Notes under the pieces: generated by a model
Seen by the model: only the letters and a program-made list of their open reading frames with translations
The model's database searches: none
Told to the model about the DNA's origin: nothing
Shown here: positions 29,278 to 39,185 of the stretch, one piece after another
Layout: each line of letters starts with the position of its first letter
Position numbering within the stretch: the stretch's first letter is position 1
Made by a program: the position numbers and the translations under genes
NCBI GenBank assembly: GCA_024404505.1
Contig: JAKSPU010000003.1
Span: 1-60,761 of the forward strand
Origin: Clostridia bacterium
Lineage (GTDB): Bacteria; Bacillota; Clostridia; Oscillospirales; CAG-272
Direction of reading: 5' to 3'
DNA length: 60,761 nt

Positions 29278-29432
29278 CCGAAAACCGACAGGGCTGGGGT
29301 ACGAACGTGCCCCAACCCTTCCTTGCGTTTTATGCCTGACGCTTTTGCCGCCCGCAAGACGAACGACCGTCTTACGAACGGCAAAATCATCCGGTTTCCT
29401 CTGCGGAATCACGACCTTCAAAAGGAGATACA

Positions 29433-30158
29433 ATGGAAAAATCAACGACAACACAACGCGAGCGCCCCGTGCTTGACAGCAGCTTCCGCCATATCGCGTT
29501 CATCATGGACGGCAACGGCCGCTGGGCAAAGCGGCAGGGCAAGCCCCGCGAATTCGGCCACAAAGCCGGCGCGGAGACCTTCAGACGCATCTGCCTCTAC
29601 TGCTCCGAGGTCGGCTTCGAGGCCGTGACCGTGTACGCCTTTTCGACGGAAAATTGGAAACGACCTAAGCACGAGGTCGCGGCGATCATGGCGCTGCTGG
29701 ACACCTTCCTTGACGAGCTGAAACGGGATTATAAGAAGTACAATAACCGCATACGCTTTATCGGGGACCTCACCGTTCTCACACCCTCCCTTCAGGAGAA
29801 GATCGCATACGTCGAGACACTGAACAGCCACTGCAGGACTGTCGTCAACGTCGCGCTGAACTACGGAGGACGCGCGGAGATCGCGCACGCCTGCAATGAA
29901 CTGATCCGGGAAGGGAAGAAGCCAGGAGAGGTCACCGAGGACGATATTTCCCGCACCGTTTGGACGTCAGGCTGCCCCGATCCCGATATGATCGTCCGCA
30001 CCGGAGGCGACCTCCGCATCTCCAACTTCCTTTTGTGGCAGGCCGCCTATGCTGAGCTGTACTTCATCGACACGCTCTGGCCCGATCTGACGCCTGACGA
30101 CGTGGACGACTGCATCCGGGAATTCTACTCCAGGAAACGCCGGTACGGCGGCCTGTGA
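29433..30158 (+). CDS. uppS: Isoprenyl transferase (undecaprenyl diphosphate synthase)
   Basis: HIAFIMDGNGRWA, FSTENWKRP and RISNFLLWQAAYAELYF. Confidence 0.95.
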   Translation: MEKSTTTQRERPVLDSSFRHIAFIMDGNGRWAKRQGKPREFGHKAGAETFRRICLYCSEVGFEAVTVYAFSTENWKRPKHEVAAIMALLDTFLDELKRDYKKYNNRIRFIGDLTVLTPSLQEKIAYVETLNSHCRTVVNVALNYGGRAEIAHACNELIREGKKPGEVTEDDISRTVWTSGCPDPDMIVRTGGDLRISNFLLWQAAYAELYFIDTLWPDLTPDDVDDCIREFYSRKRRYGGL

Positions 30159-30182
30159 GATTTTAAAAAAGAGGTATGTAAT

Positions 30183-31043
30183 ATGCTGAAGCGTATCATC
30201 ACAGCGATAGCCGCGTTGATCGTATTCGTCCCCTGTATGATCTTTTCCGATACGTGGATATATCCGATCTTCTTCTCATTGTGCGGCGTGGTCGCCGTGT
30301 TTGAGATGGCAAGATGCGTCGGCCTGCATAAGAACCTGTGGGTCACGATACCGCTCTACATAGCCGCAGCCGCAGCCCCGTGCTATATGAGACTCGCATA
30401 CCTGAAGATACATATATTCAGTTATATGAATCCGGCAGCCGGCTTCCTGCTGCTTGCACTGCTGATCGTCGTCTGGCTGTACGGCGTCACCGTCTTTTCC
30501 AAGGGCGCCCTTGACGTCACGACCGTATCTACTGCCTTCTTCGGCTGTCTGTACGCGGTCGGCGGCTTCACCTGCGCCGTCTACCTTCACGATTTCGCGT
30601 CCGGCTACGGAAAATATTTCTACCTGATGATATTCATCGGCGCGTGGATGACCGATACCTTCGCCTACTTCACCGGACGCCTGTTCGGAAAGCACAAGCT
30701 GATCCCGGAGATCAGCCCCAAGAAGACGGTCGAGGGCGCGATAGGCGGGCTCGTGTTCTGCGTGATCGCGTTCATCGCCTACGCGCTGCTGTACAACAAT
30801 CTGTGGATCACTCATGATGCAGAACCGCTGAGCGTCGCGGTCTTTGCCGTCGTCGGTCTGATCACGTCCGTCGTTTCCATGATCGGCGATCTCGCCATGT
30901 CCGCCGTCAAGCGCCGCTTTGACATCAAGGATTACGGTCAGATCCTGCCCGGCCACGGCGGCGTACTCGACCGTTTCGATTCCGTGCTGGCCGTATCCAT
31001 CCTGCTCACCGCTGCCTACGTCGTGCTGAACGGCAGCCTCTGA
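30183..31043 (+). CDS. cdsA: Phosphatidate cytidylyltransferase
   Basis: Polytopic membrane protein with the CTP_transf_1 signature SMIGDLAMSAVKRRFDIKDYGQILPGHGGVLDRFDS. Confidence 0.9.
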   Translation: MLKRIITAIAALIVFVPCMIFSDTWIYPIFFSLCGVVAVFEMARCVGLHKNLWVTIPLYIAAAAAPCYMRLAYLKIHIFSYMNPAAGFLLLALLIVVWLYGVTVFSKGALDVTTVSTAFFGCLYAVGGFTCAVYLHDFASGYGKYFYLMIFIGAWMTDTFAYFTGRLFGKHKLIPEISPKKTVEGAIGGLVFCVIAFIAYALLYNNLWITHDAEPLSVAVFAVVGLITSVVSMIGDLAMSAVKRRFDIKDYGQILPGHGGVLDRFDSVLAVSILLTAAYVVLNGSL

Positions 31044-31056
31044 TCCATTACCTGTA

Positions 31057-32271
31057 TTGATGATGAACAACGAAATGACACCTAACGAACAATATCCCGA
31101 TCTGATCATCCTCGGCTCGACCGGTTCGGTCGGTACGCAGGCGGCTGACGTTGCCCGAAGCCAAGGTATCCGCGTCCGCGGTCTTTCCGCGAACAGAAAC
31201 GTGGACACGGTCGAAGCGCAGGCCCGCCGCTTCCGACCCGATTACGCCGTCATGACAGACCCCGAAGCCGCAAAAGACCTGCGTGTAAAGCTCGCCGACA
31301 CCGGAATAAAGGTGCTTTCGGGCTTTGAAGGCATTACGGAGATGATCCGGGAGACCGGAACGGATAACCCGCACGGCATTACTGTAGAGAATTCCATTCT
31401 CGGCTCCGCCGGACTCGTCCCCACACTCGAAACGCTCAAGGCGGGACACAGGCTCGCTCTTGCCAACAAGGAATCCATGGTCGTGGGCGGCGAGCTGGTC
31501 ACGGCTCTCGCCGGGGCAGCGGGCGCCGAAATATTGCCCGTCGACTCCGAGCATTGCGCGATCTTCCAGTGCCTGCGGGCGGGGCGGCGCGAGGAGATCA
31601 AAAAGATCCTGCTGACCGCGTCCGGCGGTCCGTTCTTCGGATATACGAAGGAGCAGCTGAACGGCGTCACCAAGGCCATGACGCTTGCCCACCCGACGTG
31701 GAAAATGGGCGCGAAGATCACGGTCGACAGCGCCACGCTGATGAACAAGGGCTTTGAGGTCATCGAGGCCGTGCATCTGTTCGGCGTCCGTCCGGAGCAG
31801 ATACAGGTCGTCGTCCACCGGGAGAGCATGATACACTCCATGGTGGAATATACTGATCACAGCATCATCGCCCAGCTGTCCGTGCCCGATATGCGGCACT
31901 GCGTACAGTACGCCCTGACACACCCCTCCCGCCTTCCGGCGGGCGACGTGCTCGGCGAGCTTGACTTGTTCTCGGTCGGGAAGCTGACCTTCAGCCCGCC
32001 TGACACCGATACCTTCCCGCTGCTCGCCCTCGCCGTGGACTGCATCAAGGCAGGCGGCGCGCTTCCCGCAGCACTCAACGCCGCCAACGAGGTCGTGGTC
32101 GCCGCTTTCCTTGCGGATAAGCTCCGCTTCTGTGAGATCCCGGAGACCGTGACCCGCGTCGTGGAGGATATGCGGCAGGTGTCCGCATGGCATTCCTACG
32201 AGCAGATCATGGCCGCCGACCGGCTCGCCAGAAGGAGTGCCGAGGCACTTATACGGATGCGCGGCGTCTGA
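31057..32271 (+). CDS. dxr: 1-deoxy-D-xylulose 5-phosphate reductoisomerase
   Basis: ILGSTGSVGTQ, LANKESMV and HPTWKMG. The exact start among the N-terminal Met codons is uncertain. Confidence 0.93.
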   Translation: MMMNNEMTPNEQYPDLIILGSTGSVGTQAADVARSQGIRVRGLSANRNVDTVEAQARRFRPDYAVMTDPEAAKDLRVKLADTGIKVLSGFEGITEMIRETGTDNPHGITVENSILGSAGLVPTLETLKAGHRLALANKESMVVGGELVTALAGAAGAEILPVDSEHCAIFQCLRAGRREEIKKILLTASGGPFFGYTKEQLNGVTKAMTLAHPTWKMGAKITVDSATLMNKGFEVIEAVHLFGVRPEQIQVVVHRESMIHSMVEYTDHSIIAQLSVPDMRHCVQYALTHPSRLPAGDVLGELDLFSVGKLTFSPPDTDTFPLLALAVDCIKAGGALPAALNAANEVVVAAFLADKLRFCEIPETVTRVVEDMRQVSAWHSYEQIMAADRLARRSAEALIRMRGV

Positions 32272-32296
32272 ATCAAACCGGAGGAACACGCTTTTC

Positions 32297-33373
32297 ATGC
32301 AAATACTCAAATTTCTCTTATACCTGCTCCTGACGATCGTCGGACTCGGCATCCTGATCTTCGTTCACGAGCTGGGACATTACCTGACGGCCCGCGCGTG
32401 CCACGTGACCATCCACGAGTTCTCACTCGGCATGGGCAAGAGGCTGTGCGGCTTCAAATCCAAGAAAACGGGGATCGAATACAATCTGCGCCTGTTCCCG
32501 ATCGGCGGTTACGTGGCCATGGCCGGTGAGGACGTCGCGGAGGAGGGGGAGGACGCAGGAGACCCCAACGCGTTCTGCAAAAAGAATGTCTGGCAGCGCA
32601 TCCTGATCCTTGTCGCGGGCGCGGGGATGAATATCATCGTCGGTTTCCTTTGCATGGTCATCCTGACCTTCGGCCTGTTTGCCTCCGGCATGAAGATGCC
32701 GTCCACGCAGATCGGAGCCTTTGACGAGGCAGCCCCGAGCCATATCACCGGGCTTGAGCTGAACGACACCATCCTGCGCGTCAACGGCACCGGTGTCCAT
32801 ACCGGCTACGACCTTTCCTATGAGATCATGAATTCCGGATACGAGCCGGTGGATATCCTCGTTCTGCGGGACGGGCAAAAAGTCCTGATCCGCGGCGTCG
32901 TATTTCCGAACAGCACGACGGACGGGATCACGCTCGGCGACATGGACTTCCGCGTTTACGCAATGGACAATACTTTTGCCAACGTGTGGAAGGTATCCTT
33001 CTGGCGCTCGGTATCGTCCATCAAGATGGTCTTCGACTCTCTCGGCGGACTCATCACAGGCCGGTACAGCCTTTCAACGCTGTCCGGACCGATCGGTGTT
33101 TCCTCCGCCGTGCAGGACGTGGCCTCGCAGCCGATGGCCGGCTGGAATCTTCTGTACCTGTTTGCCCTGATCGCGATGAATCTCGGCGTGATGAATCTTC
33201 TGCCGCTGCCCGCACTCGACGGCGGACGCCTGTTCTTCCGCGTTCTTGAGGTCATCTGCTTCGGACACGCGGTAGACCCCAAGCTCGAGGCGCGCATCCA
33301 CGGGGCCGGCATGATGATACTTCTGGCGCTGACAGCCGTCATCGCACTCAAGGATATTTTCACTCTGATCTGA
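32297..33373 (+). CDS. rseP: RIP metalloprotease RseP/YluC family (site-2 protease)
   Basis: Start at MQILKFLL. HELGHY zinc motif in TM1, a PDZ-like middle region and a C-terminal LPLPALDGG motif. Confidence 0.85.
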   Translation: MQILKFLLYLLLTIVGLGILIFVHELGHYLTARACHVTIHEFSLGMGKRLCGFKSKKTGIEYNLRLFPIGGYVAMAGEDVAEEGEDAGDPNAFCKKNVWQRILILVAGAGMNIIVGFLCMVILTFGLFASGMKMPSTQIGAFDEAAPSHITGLELNDTILRVNGTGVHTGYDLSYEIMNSGYEPVDILVLRDGQKVLIRGVVFPNSTTDGITLGDMDFRVYAMDNTFANVWKVSFWRSVSSIKMVFDSLGGLITGRYSLSTLSGPIGVSSAVQDVASQPMAGWNLLYLFALIAMNLGVMNLLPLPALDGGRLFFRVLEVICFGHAVDPKLEARIHGAGMMILLALTAVIALKDIFTLI

Positions 33374-33391
33374 AAGAAAGTGTGACAAACT

Positions 33392-34486
33392 ATGATCTAT
33401 AACGATATACGCCGCAGTACGCGGGAGGTTCGCATCGGACGCGTTCCGATCGGCGGAAAGAACAAGATCGCGATCCAATCCATGACCAACACGGATACGC
33501 ACGACGCAGACGCCACGATCAGCCAGATCAAGGCGCTTGCGGCTGCGGGATGCGATATCGTCCGCATCACCGTCCCGGATCTTGAGGCCGCCGAGACCGT
33601 CCGTGTCATCAAGGAGAGCGGATTGAACATCCCCGTCGTAGCGGACATCCACTTCGACTACCGCGTCGCGCTCAAGTGCGCCGAGTACGGCATCGACAAG
33701 ATCCGCATCAATCCCGGCAATATCGGAGACGACGACAGGGTCAAGGCGGTCGCCGACGCCTGCCGGACGAGGCATATCCCGATCCGTATAGGTGTCAACA
33801 GCGGCTCTCTTGAGAAGCACATTCTCGCAAAGTACGGTGCGCCGACCGCCGAGGCGCTGACCGAATCCGCGCTGTACCACGCGGGACTTCTCGAAAAGTT
33901 CGGCTTTGAGGATATCGTCATCTCCATCAAGGCCTCCACGGTTCCGGCCATGATCGCCGCAAACCGTAAGCTCGCCTCCGTCTGCGACTATCCGCTGCAT
34001 CTCGGTGTCACCGAGGCGGGAGGCGCGGAGATCGGACTTGTCAAGTCCGCGGCCGGCATCGGGTCGCTGCTCTGTGACGGAATCGGAGACACATTCCGCG
34101 TATCGCTGACCGCCGACCCCGACAGAGAGGTCGAGGCGGCGCATAAGATCCTCAACGCCCTCGGCGTCGAAGGACAGAGCGGTCTTCAGATCGTCTCCTG
34201 CCCGACCTGTGGACGTACCAAGATCGATCTCATCAGCCTGTCCGGGCAGTTCGAGCAGGCAGTCAGGGCCGAAGGACTCGGTGACCTGCCCGTCAAGGTC
34301 GCGCTGATGGGCTGCGTGGTCAACGGACCCGGTGAAGCGCGGGAATGCGACATCGGTATCGCGGGCGGCAAGGGGGAAGCACTCTTATTTGCCCACGGTG
34401 AGCCGATCTGCAAGATCCCCGAACAAAACGTGATACCCGTACTGATTGAAAGATTGAAGAAAATGAAGGCAGATATGAACGCCTGA
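33392..34486 (+). CDS. ispG: 4-hydroxy-3-methylbut-2-en-1-yl diphosphate synthase
   Basis: Canonical GcpE motifs (IQSMTNT, RINPGNIG, SCPTCGR, GCVVNGPGE). Confidence 0.95.
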   Translation: MIYNDIRRSTREVRIGRVPIGGKNKIAIQSMTNTDTHDADATISQIKALAAAGCDIVRITVPDLEAAETVRVIKESGLNIPVVADIHFDYRVALKCAEYGIDKIRINPGNIGDDDRVKAVADACRTRHIPIRIGVNSGSLEKHILAKYGAPTAEALTESALYHAGLLEKFGFEDIVISIKASTVPAMIAANRKLASVCDYPLHLGVTEAGGAEIGLVKSAAGIGSLLCDGIGDTFRVSLTADPDREVEAAHKILNALGVEGQSGLQIVSCPTCGRTKIDLISLSGQFEQAVRAEGLGDLPVKVALMGCVVNGPGEARECDIGIAGGKGEALLFAHGEPICKIPEQNVIPVLIERLKKMKADMNA

Positions 34487-34556
34487 TCCCGGTTTTTCAT
34501 ATACCCCGGGACCGTCAGACGCCCTGCCAAGGAATCGGAAGGACTCGGATAATCCC

Positions 34557-37500
34557 ATGAAAACGCTTCCCGAAATATTGAGCAAATACACGCCGGACGT
34601 CGAGATTTACAAGATCCTGATGTCCGCGACCGATCTCAGACGTAGTGCCGACGTCGCGAACCGTATGCTGCAGATCGAGGCACATTTCCCGACGCTCATC
34701 CCCAAGGAGACGTTGTACAAAATCGAGGACGGGATCTGTAAGGCGTACGAGCTGAACTACGTCAAGCTGCTGCCCCACTACGATCGTGAGCTGTTCACGG
34801 AGGCCTATATCCCTGAGCTGCTCAAGGAGACGGAACGCGTCGGCATCGTGGCGCGCGGCTTCTTCAATACGTACCGCTATAATCTGGAAGGGAACAGCCT
34901 GACCGTTGAGATCCCGTACAGCGTCGATCTGCTGATCGACGCGAGGACACCGCAGGTCATGTCCGCTATCCTGAGAAGCGAGTTCGGGCTGGATCTTCAG
35001 GTGCAGGTCGTATCCTATCAGGACGTACCGGACGAGATGACGCCGCGCATGAAGGAGCTGCTGAACACCTACGATCAGCAGATCATGCGTGCCAGCCGCG
35101 AATACGACAGCCGCCCGCGTCAGACGCAGGGCGCTCCGGCCGCCGGACAGGCTCCCAAGACGCCAGAGGCGATCCTGCCCCGCGTTCAGACGCTGTACGG
35201 ACCGCTGCCGGACCCGCCCGCCGCGGAGAACGCTGAAGACAAATCCGCGGACAAGCCTGCTGAAGATCATAAAGCCGAAGAGAAAAAAGAAAAACCCGTT
35301 TCGGATATGGCTAAGGTCATCCCGGTCGGAGAGGGCGTATGCCGCATCGGCTTTATGACCTTTGATTACTCCGCCCCGACGTTCGCCATCGGAGGCGAGT
35401 TCGATATCATTCCCACGCCGCTCGCCGCGATCGACAAGCCCCAGCGGAACATCGTCGTTCTTGGTCAGGTCTTCGGATTCACCAAAGAGGCCAACCGCAC
35501 CGGCGATAAATTCAATATCACCTACTACCTGACGGATAACGCCGCATCCATCGAGTGCAAGTCGTTCGGTATGGTCCCCGAGGACGCCGCCGAGCTGGAA
35601 AAGGTCGTCAAGGACGGTCAGGTGCTTGCCGTGCGCGGGTACTGCCGTCATGAGGTCCGCCGCGACCGCACGGAGGGACCCGACCTCATCTTCTACCACA
35701 GCGCCATAGCGTCGATCAAGAAAAAAGGCCGCGTGGACAACGCACCGGTCAAGCGCGTCGAGCTGCATCTCCACACGCAGATGTCCGCGCAGGACGCGCT
35801 GATCCAGCCCGCCGACGCCGTCACGCAGGCTCAGAAGTGGGGACATCCCGCCGTCACGATCACCGACCACGGCAACGTGCAGGGCTTCATGGACGCCATG
35901 GTGGCTCATGAAAATACCGGTCAGAAGGTCATATGGGGCATGGAGGCGTATTTCGTCAACAATACCGCCAGCGCCATGTACGGCTCCTGTCCCGGCTCCA
36001 TGCGGGGAGAAGCGGTCGTCTTTGACCTTGAGACGACCGGCCTTTCCGCGCAGAACTGCCGCATCATCGAGATCGGCGCCGTCAGGATCAAGGACGGCGA
36101 GGTCCTCGGCTCGTTCGATACCTTCGTGGACCCGGAGGGGCCGATCCCGCCTGAGATCACCAAGCTGACCGGCATTGACGACAGCATGGTCGCCGGAGCG
36201 CCGGACGAGCTGACCGCGCTCGAAGCGTTCTTCGATTTCGTCGGCAAACGTGAGGACGGCGGCGACATGATCCTCATCGCCCACAACGCCGATTTCGATA
36301 CCGGATTTCTGCGTGCCGCGTGCGTCCGCAACGGACGTGAATTCGCAAACCCGTATCTCGATACGCTGGCGCTTGCACGATACCTTGTCCCGACGCTGAA
36401 GAACCACAAGCTCGACACCGTCGCCAACCATTACGGCCTCGGAGACTTCAACCATCACCGCGCGTCTGACGACGCCGAGATGCTGGCCCGTATCTACTTC
36501 TGTATGCTGCGGGATCTGGACGAGTCGGATATACGCACCTACGACAAGCTCGTTTCGGACATGGCCGAGAAGACCGATCCGACCAAGCTCCGGACCTACC
36601 ATCAGATCATCCTGATCAAGAACAAGACCGGCCAGAAGAATCTCTACAAGCTGATTTCGGACAGCTACCTCAAATACTATAAGAAGAATCCGCGCATCCC
36701 CAAGACGGAGTTGGAAAAGTACCGCGAGGGCCTGATCATCGGCTCCGCCTGCGAGGCGGGCGAGCTGTTCCGGGCGATCCTTGACAACAAGCCGGACGCC
36801 GAGATCGAAAGCATCGTGGAATTCTACGACTACCTTGAGATCCAGCCGATCTGCAACAACCGCTTCCTTATCGCGGAGGGCAAAGCCAAGGACGACGAGG
36901 ACCTCCGTGACCTCAACCGCCGCGTGGTCGCACTCGGTGAAAAGTACGGCAAGCCCGTCGTCGCCACCTGCGACGTGCATTTCATGAATCCGGAGGACGA
37001 GATCTACCGCAAGATCCTTTTGTCCGGTCAGAAGTACAAGGACGCCGACAAGGACGTCGGCATCTACTACCGCACGACCGAGGAGATGCTGGAGGAATTC
37101 GCCTATCTCGGCGAAGAAAAGGCGTACGAGGTCGTCGTCACCAACACCAACTATATCGCCGACTGCATCGAGTACGACGTCAAGCCGTTCCCGCGAGGCA
37201 CCTTCACGCCGCACATGGACGGCGCGGAGGAGGACCTGACCCGTATCTGCTACGAGAACGCCAAAAAGCGGTACGGCGACCCGCTGCCCCCGATCGTGCA
37301 GGCGCGTCTTGAGAAGGAGCTGTCCTCCATCATCAAGAACGGCTTTGCCGTGCTGTACATGATCGCGCAGAAGCTGGTCAGCTACTCCGAGAGTCAGGGC
37401 TACCTCGTCGGCTCCCGCGGCTCTGTCGGATCGTCCATCGTCGCTTCCATGGCCGGTATTTCCGAGGTCTGCCCGCTCCCGCCGCACTATTGGTGTCCGA

Positions 37501-39080
37501 AATGTCAGTACAGCGACTTCGACGTCCCCGAAGGCATCGGCTCCGGCTTCGATCTGCCCGATAAGGACTGTCCGCGCTGCGGCCATAAGCTCAATTACGA
37601 CGGACACGATATCCCGTTTGAGACGTTCCTCGGCTTCTACGGTGATAAATCACCCGATATAGACCTGAACTTCTCCGGAGAGGTGCAGGGCAAGGTGCAT
37701 AAGTATACCGAGCAGCTATTCGGCGCGGAGAACGTGTTCCGTGCAGGCACCATCGGCGCTCTGGCCGACAAGACCGCGTACGGCTTCGTCATGAAGTATC
37801 TCGAAGGTAAGGGCATCAGCCTCAACCGCGCGGAGGTCAACCGTCTGACCGCCGGCTGCGTCGGCGTCAAGCGCACCACGGGACAGCATCCCGGCGGCAT
37901 CGTCGTCGTGCCGAAGGAGTATTCCGTGTTCGACTTCTGCCCGGTACAGCACCCGGCGGACGACCCCGATTCGGATATCGTCACCACGCACTTCACGTTT
38001 GAGTACCTGCACGACACGCTGCTCAAGCTGGACGAGCTGGGACACGATATGCCGACGAAGTATAAGTACCTCGAGAAGTATTCCGGCACCTCGGTCATGG
38101 ACGTCCCCATGAACGACCGTTCCATTTACGACCTGTTCCTTTCCACCAAGCCGCTCGGCATCTCGCCCGACGACATCGCCGGAATCCCGCTCGGTACGCT
38201 CGGTCTGCCGGAGCTGGGCACCAAATTCGTCATCAAGATGCTGCAGGAATCCAAGCCGCAGTCCTTTGCGGACCTTTTGCAGGTCTCCGGTCTTTCCCAC
38301 GGCACCGACGTCTGGACCGGAAACGCGCAGGACCTGATCAAAGACGGCACCTGCACGATCTCCACCGTCATCGGCACCCGTGACTCCATCATGCTCGCTC
38401 TCATCAAGTACGGTGTCGAAAAGAGCCACGCTTTCAAGATCATGGAAATGGTCCGCAAGGGCAAGGGACTTACACCTGAATTTGAGGCGGAGATGCGCGC
38501 GGCGAACGTCCCGGATTGGTACATCGGCTCCTGCAAAAAGATCAAGTATATGTTCCCGAAGGCACACGCGGCCGCCTACGATATGTCCGCGATCCGCCTC
38601 GGCTGGTACAAGGTGCATATCCCGCTCGCCTTTTACTGTGCCATGTTCACCGTCCAGCCGCAGGGCTTTGACGCCGAGCTGGTCATGAAGGGCAAAAAGG
38701 CCGTTCAGGATTACATCCTCGACGTTGAGAAGCGCGGCAACGACGCGCTCCCCAAGGAGCAGCAGGCGCTTCCCGTGCTTCAGCTGATCAACGAGGCTAT
38801 GGCGCGGAAAATCGGCTTCCTTCCCGTGGACATCGAAAGATCCAGCGACGTCGAGTACCTTCCCGAGAACGGCAAGATCCGGATGCCCTTCTCGGCGCTT
38901 CCGGGACTCGGAGACAACGCCGCGGCGAGCATCAAGAAGGCCCGCGACGAGAAGCCGTTCTTCTCGGTTGACGACCTCAAGACCCGCGCCAAACTGACCG
39001 GCGCCGTCATCGAGATCCTGCGCCAGAACGGCGTGCTGGACAACCTTGACGAAACCGACCAGCTGACCATATCCTTCTGA
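34557..39080 (+). CDS. polC: DNA polymerase III PolC-type
   Basis: 1507 aa. Has PHP (VELHLHTQMS), an inserted DEDD exonuclease (VVFDLETTGLS ... HRASDDA), the zinc module CPKC...CPRCG and the pol III alpha core. The N-terminal region carries a Pro/Ala/Lys/Glu-rich linker. Confidence 0.95.
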   Translation: MKTLPEILSKYTPDVEIYKILMSATDLRRSADVANRMLQIEAHFPTLIPKETLYKIEDGICKAYELNYVKLLPHYDRELFTEAYIPELLKETERVGIVARGFFNTYRYNLEGNSLTVEIPYSVDLLIDARTPQVMSAILRSEFGLDLQVQVVSYQDVPDEMTPRMKELLNTYDQQIMRASREYDSRPRQTQGAPAAGQAPKTPEAILPRVQTLYGPLPDPPAAENAEDKSADKPAEDHKAEEKKEKPVSDMAKVIPVGEGVCRIGFMTFDYSAPTFAIGGEFDIIPTPLAAIDKPQRNIVVLGQVFGFTKEANRTGDKFNITYYLTDNAASIECKSFGMVPEDAAELEKVVKDGQVLAVRGYCRHEVRRDRTEGPDLIFYHSAIASIKKKGRVDNAPVKRVELHLHTQMSAQDALIQPADAVTQAQKWGHPAVTITDHGNVQGFMDAMVAHENTGQKVIWGMEAYFVNNTASAMYGSCPGSMRGEAVVFDLETTGLSAQNCRIIEIGAVRIKDGEVLGSFDTFVDPEGPIPPEITKLTGIDDSMVAGAPDELTALEAFFDFVGKREDGGDMILIAHNADFDTGFLRAACVRNGREFANPYLDTLALARYLVPTLKNHKLDTVANHYGLGDFNHHRASDDAEMLARIYFCMLRDLDESDIRTYDKLVSDMAEKTDPTKLRTYHQIILIKNKTGQKNLYKLISDSYLKYYKKNPRIPKTELEKYREGLIIGSACEAGELFRAILDNKPDAEIESIVEFYDYLEIQPICNNRFLIAEGKAKDDEDLRDLNRRVVALGEKYGKPVVATCDVHFMNPEDEIYRKILLSGQKYKDADKDVGIYYRTTEEMLEEFAYLGEEKAYEVVVTNTNYIADCIEYDVKPFPRGTFTPHMDGAEEDLTRICYENAKKRYGDPLPPIVQARLEKELSSIIKNGFAVLYMIAQKLVSYSESQGYLVGSRGSVGSSIVASMAGISEVCPLPPHYWCPKCQYSDFDVPEGIGSGFDLPDKDCPRCGHKLNYDGHDIPFETFLGFYGDKSPDIDLNFSGEVQGKVHKYTEQLFGAENVFRAGTIGALADKTAYGFVMKYLEGKGISLNRAEVNRLTAGCVGVKRTTGQHPGGIVVVPKEYSVFDFCPVQHPADDPDSDIVTTHFTFEYLHDTLLKLDELGHDMPTKYKYLEKYSGTSVMDVPMNDRSIYDLFLSTKPLGISPDDIAGIPLGTLGLPELGTKFVIKMLQESKPQSFADLLQVSGLSHGTDVWTGNAQDLIKDGTCTISTVIGTRDSIMLALIKYGVEKSHAFKIMEMVRKGKGLTPEFEAEMRAANVPDWYIGSCKKIKYMFPKAHAAAYDMSAIRLGWYKVHIPLAFYCAMFTVQPQGFDAELVMKGKKAVQDYILDVEKRGNDALPKEQQALPVLQLINEAMARKIGFLPVDIERSSDVEYLPENGKIRMPFSALPGLGDNAAASIKKARDEKPFFSVDDLKTRAKLTGAVIEILRQNGVLDNLDETDQLTISF

Positions 39081-39114
39081 GGCGAAAAAAGTGAAATTTC
39101 CTTTAAGGAACGTC

Positions 39115-39143
39115 TTGTAATTCCTGTAGGTTTATGCTATAAT
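39115..39143 (+). promoter_or_regulatory. SigmaA-type promoter for the CNB/TIM/cyclase/DUF1643 operon
   Basis: TTGTAA (39115-39120), 17-nt spacer, TATAAT (39138-39143). AAAGGAGAA RBS before the ATG at 39186. Confidence 0.65.
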
Positions 39144-39185
39144 AATACATAATTAAAATCACTTATATGTGAAAAGGAGAAAACA

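Noticed and set aside
35080-35330. Possible intein or foreign insertion in the N-terminal part of PolC (the protein is about 60-70 aa longer than typical PolC).
   Set aside because: The extra sequence is a Pro/Ala/Lys/Glu-rich low-complexity linker (…PRQTQGAPAAGQAPKTPE…KAEEKKEKP…) without intein splicing motifs (no Cys/Ser-…-HN-Cys/Ser/Thr blocks). It is most likely a disordered linker.
34515-37607. Very long antisense ORFs opposite real genes: 1030 aa opposite polC, 1032 aa at 49497-52595 opposite yfhO, 771 aa at 19108-21423 opposite the ABC gene, 764 aa at 44059-46353 opposite the lipoprotein gene, 747 aa at 54926-57169 opposite clpE, 590 aa at 41164-42936, 523 aa at 27883-29454 and 407 aa at 979-2202.
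   Set aside because: These are typical shadow ORFs of GC-rich, GC3-biased genes. Their translations are Arg/Gly/Asp/Val/His-rich low-information sequence with no recognisable motifs, RBS or signal, while the sense-strand products are unmistakable conserved proteins.
39091-39097. Isolated extra copies of the heptamer GTGAAAT/ATTTCAC (39091, 52614 and within the 53121-53149 promoter spacer) as evidence of a dispersed regulon motif.
   Set aside because: A 7-mer is expected to occur a few times by chance in 60 kb on two strands, and these isolated copies lack the adjacent hairpin unit.
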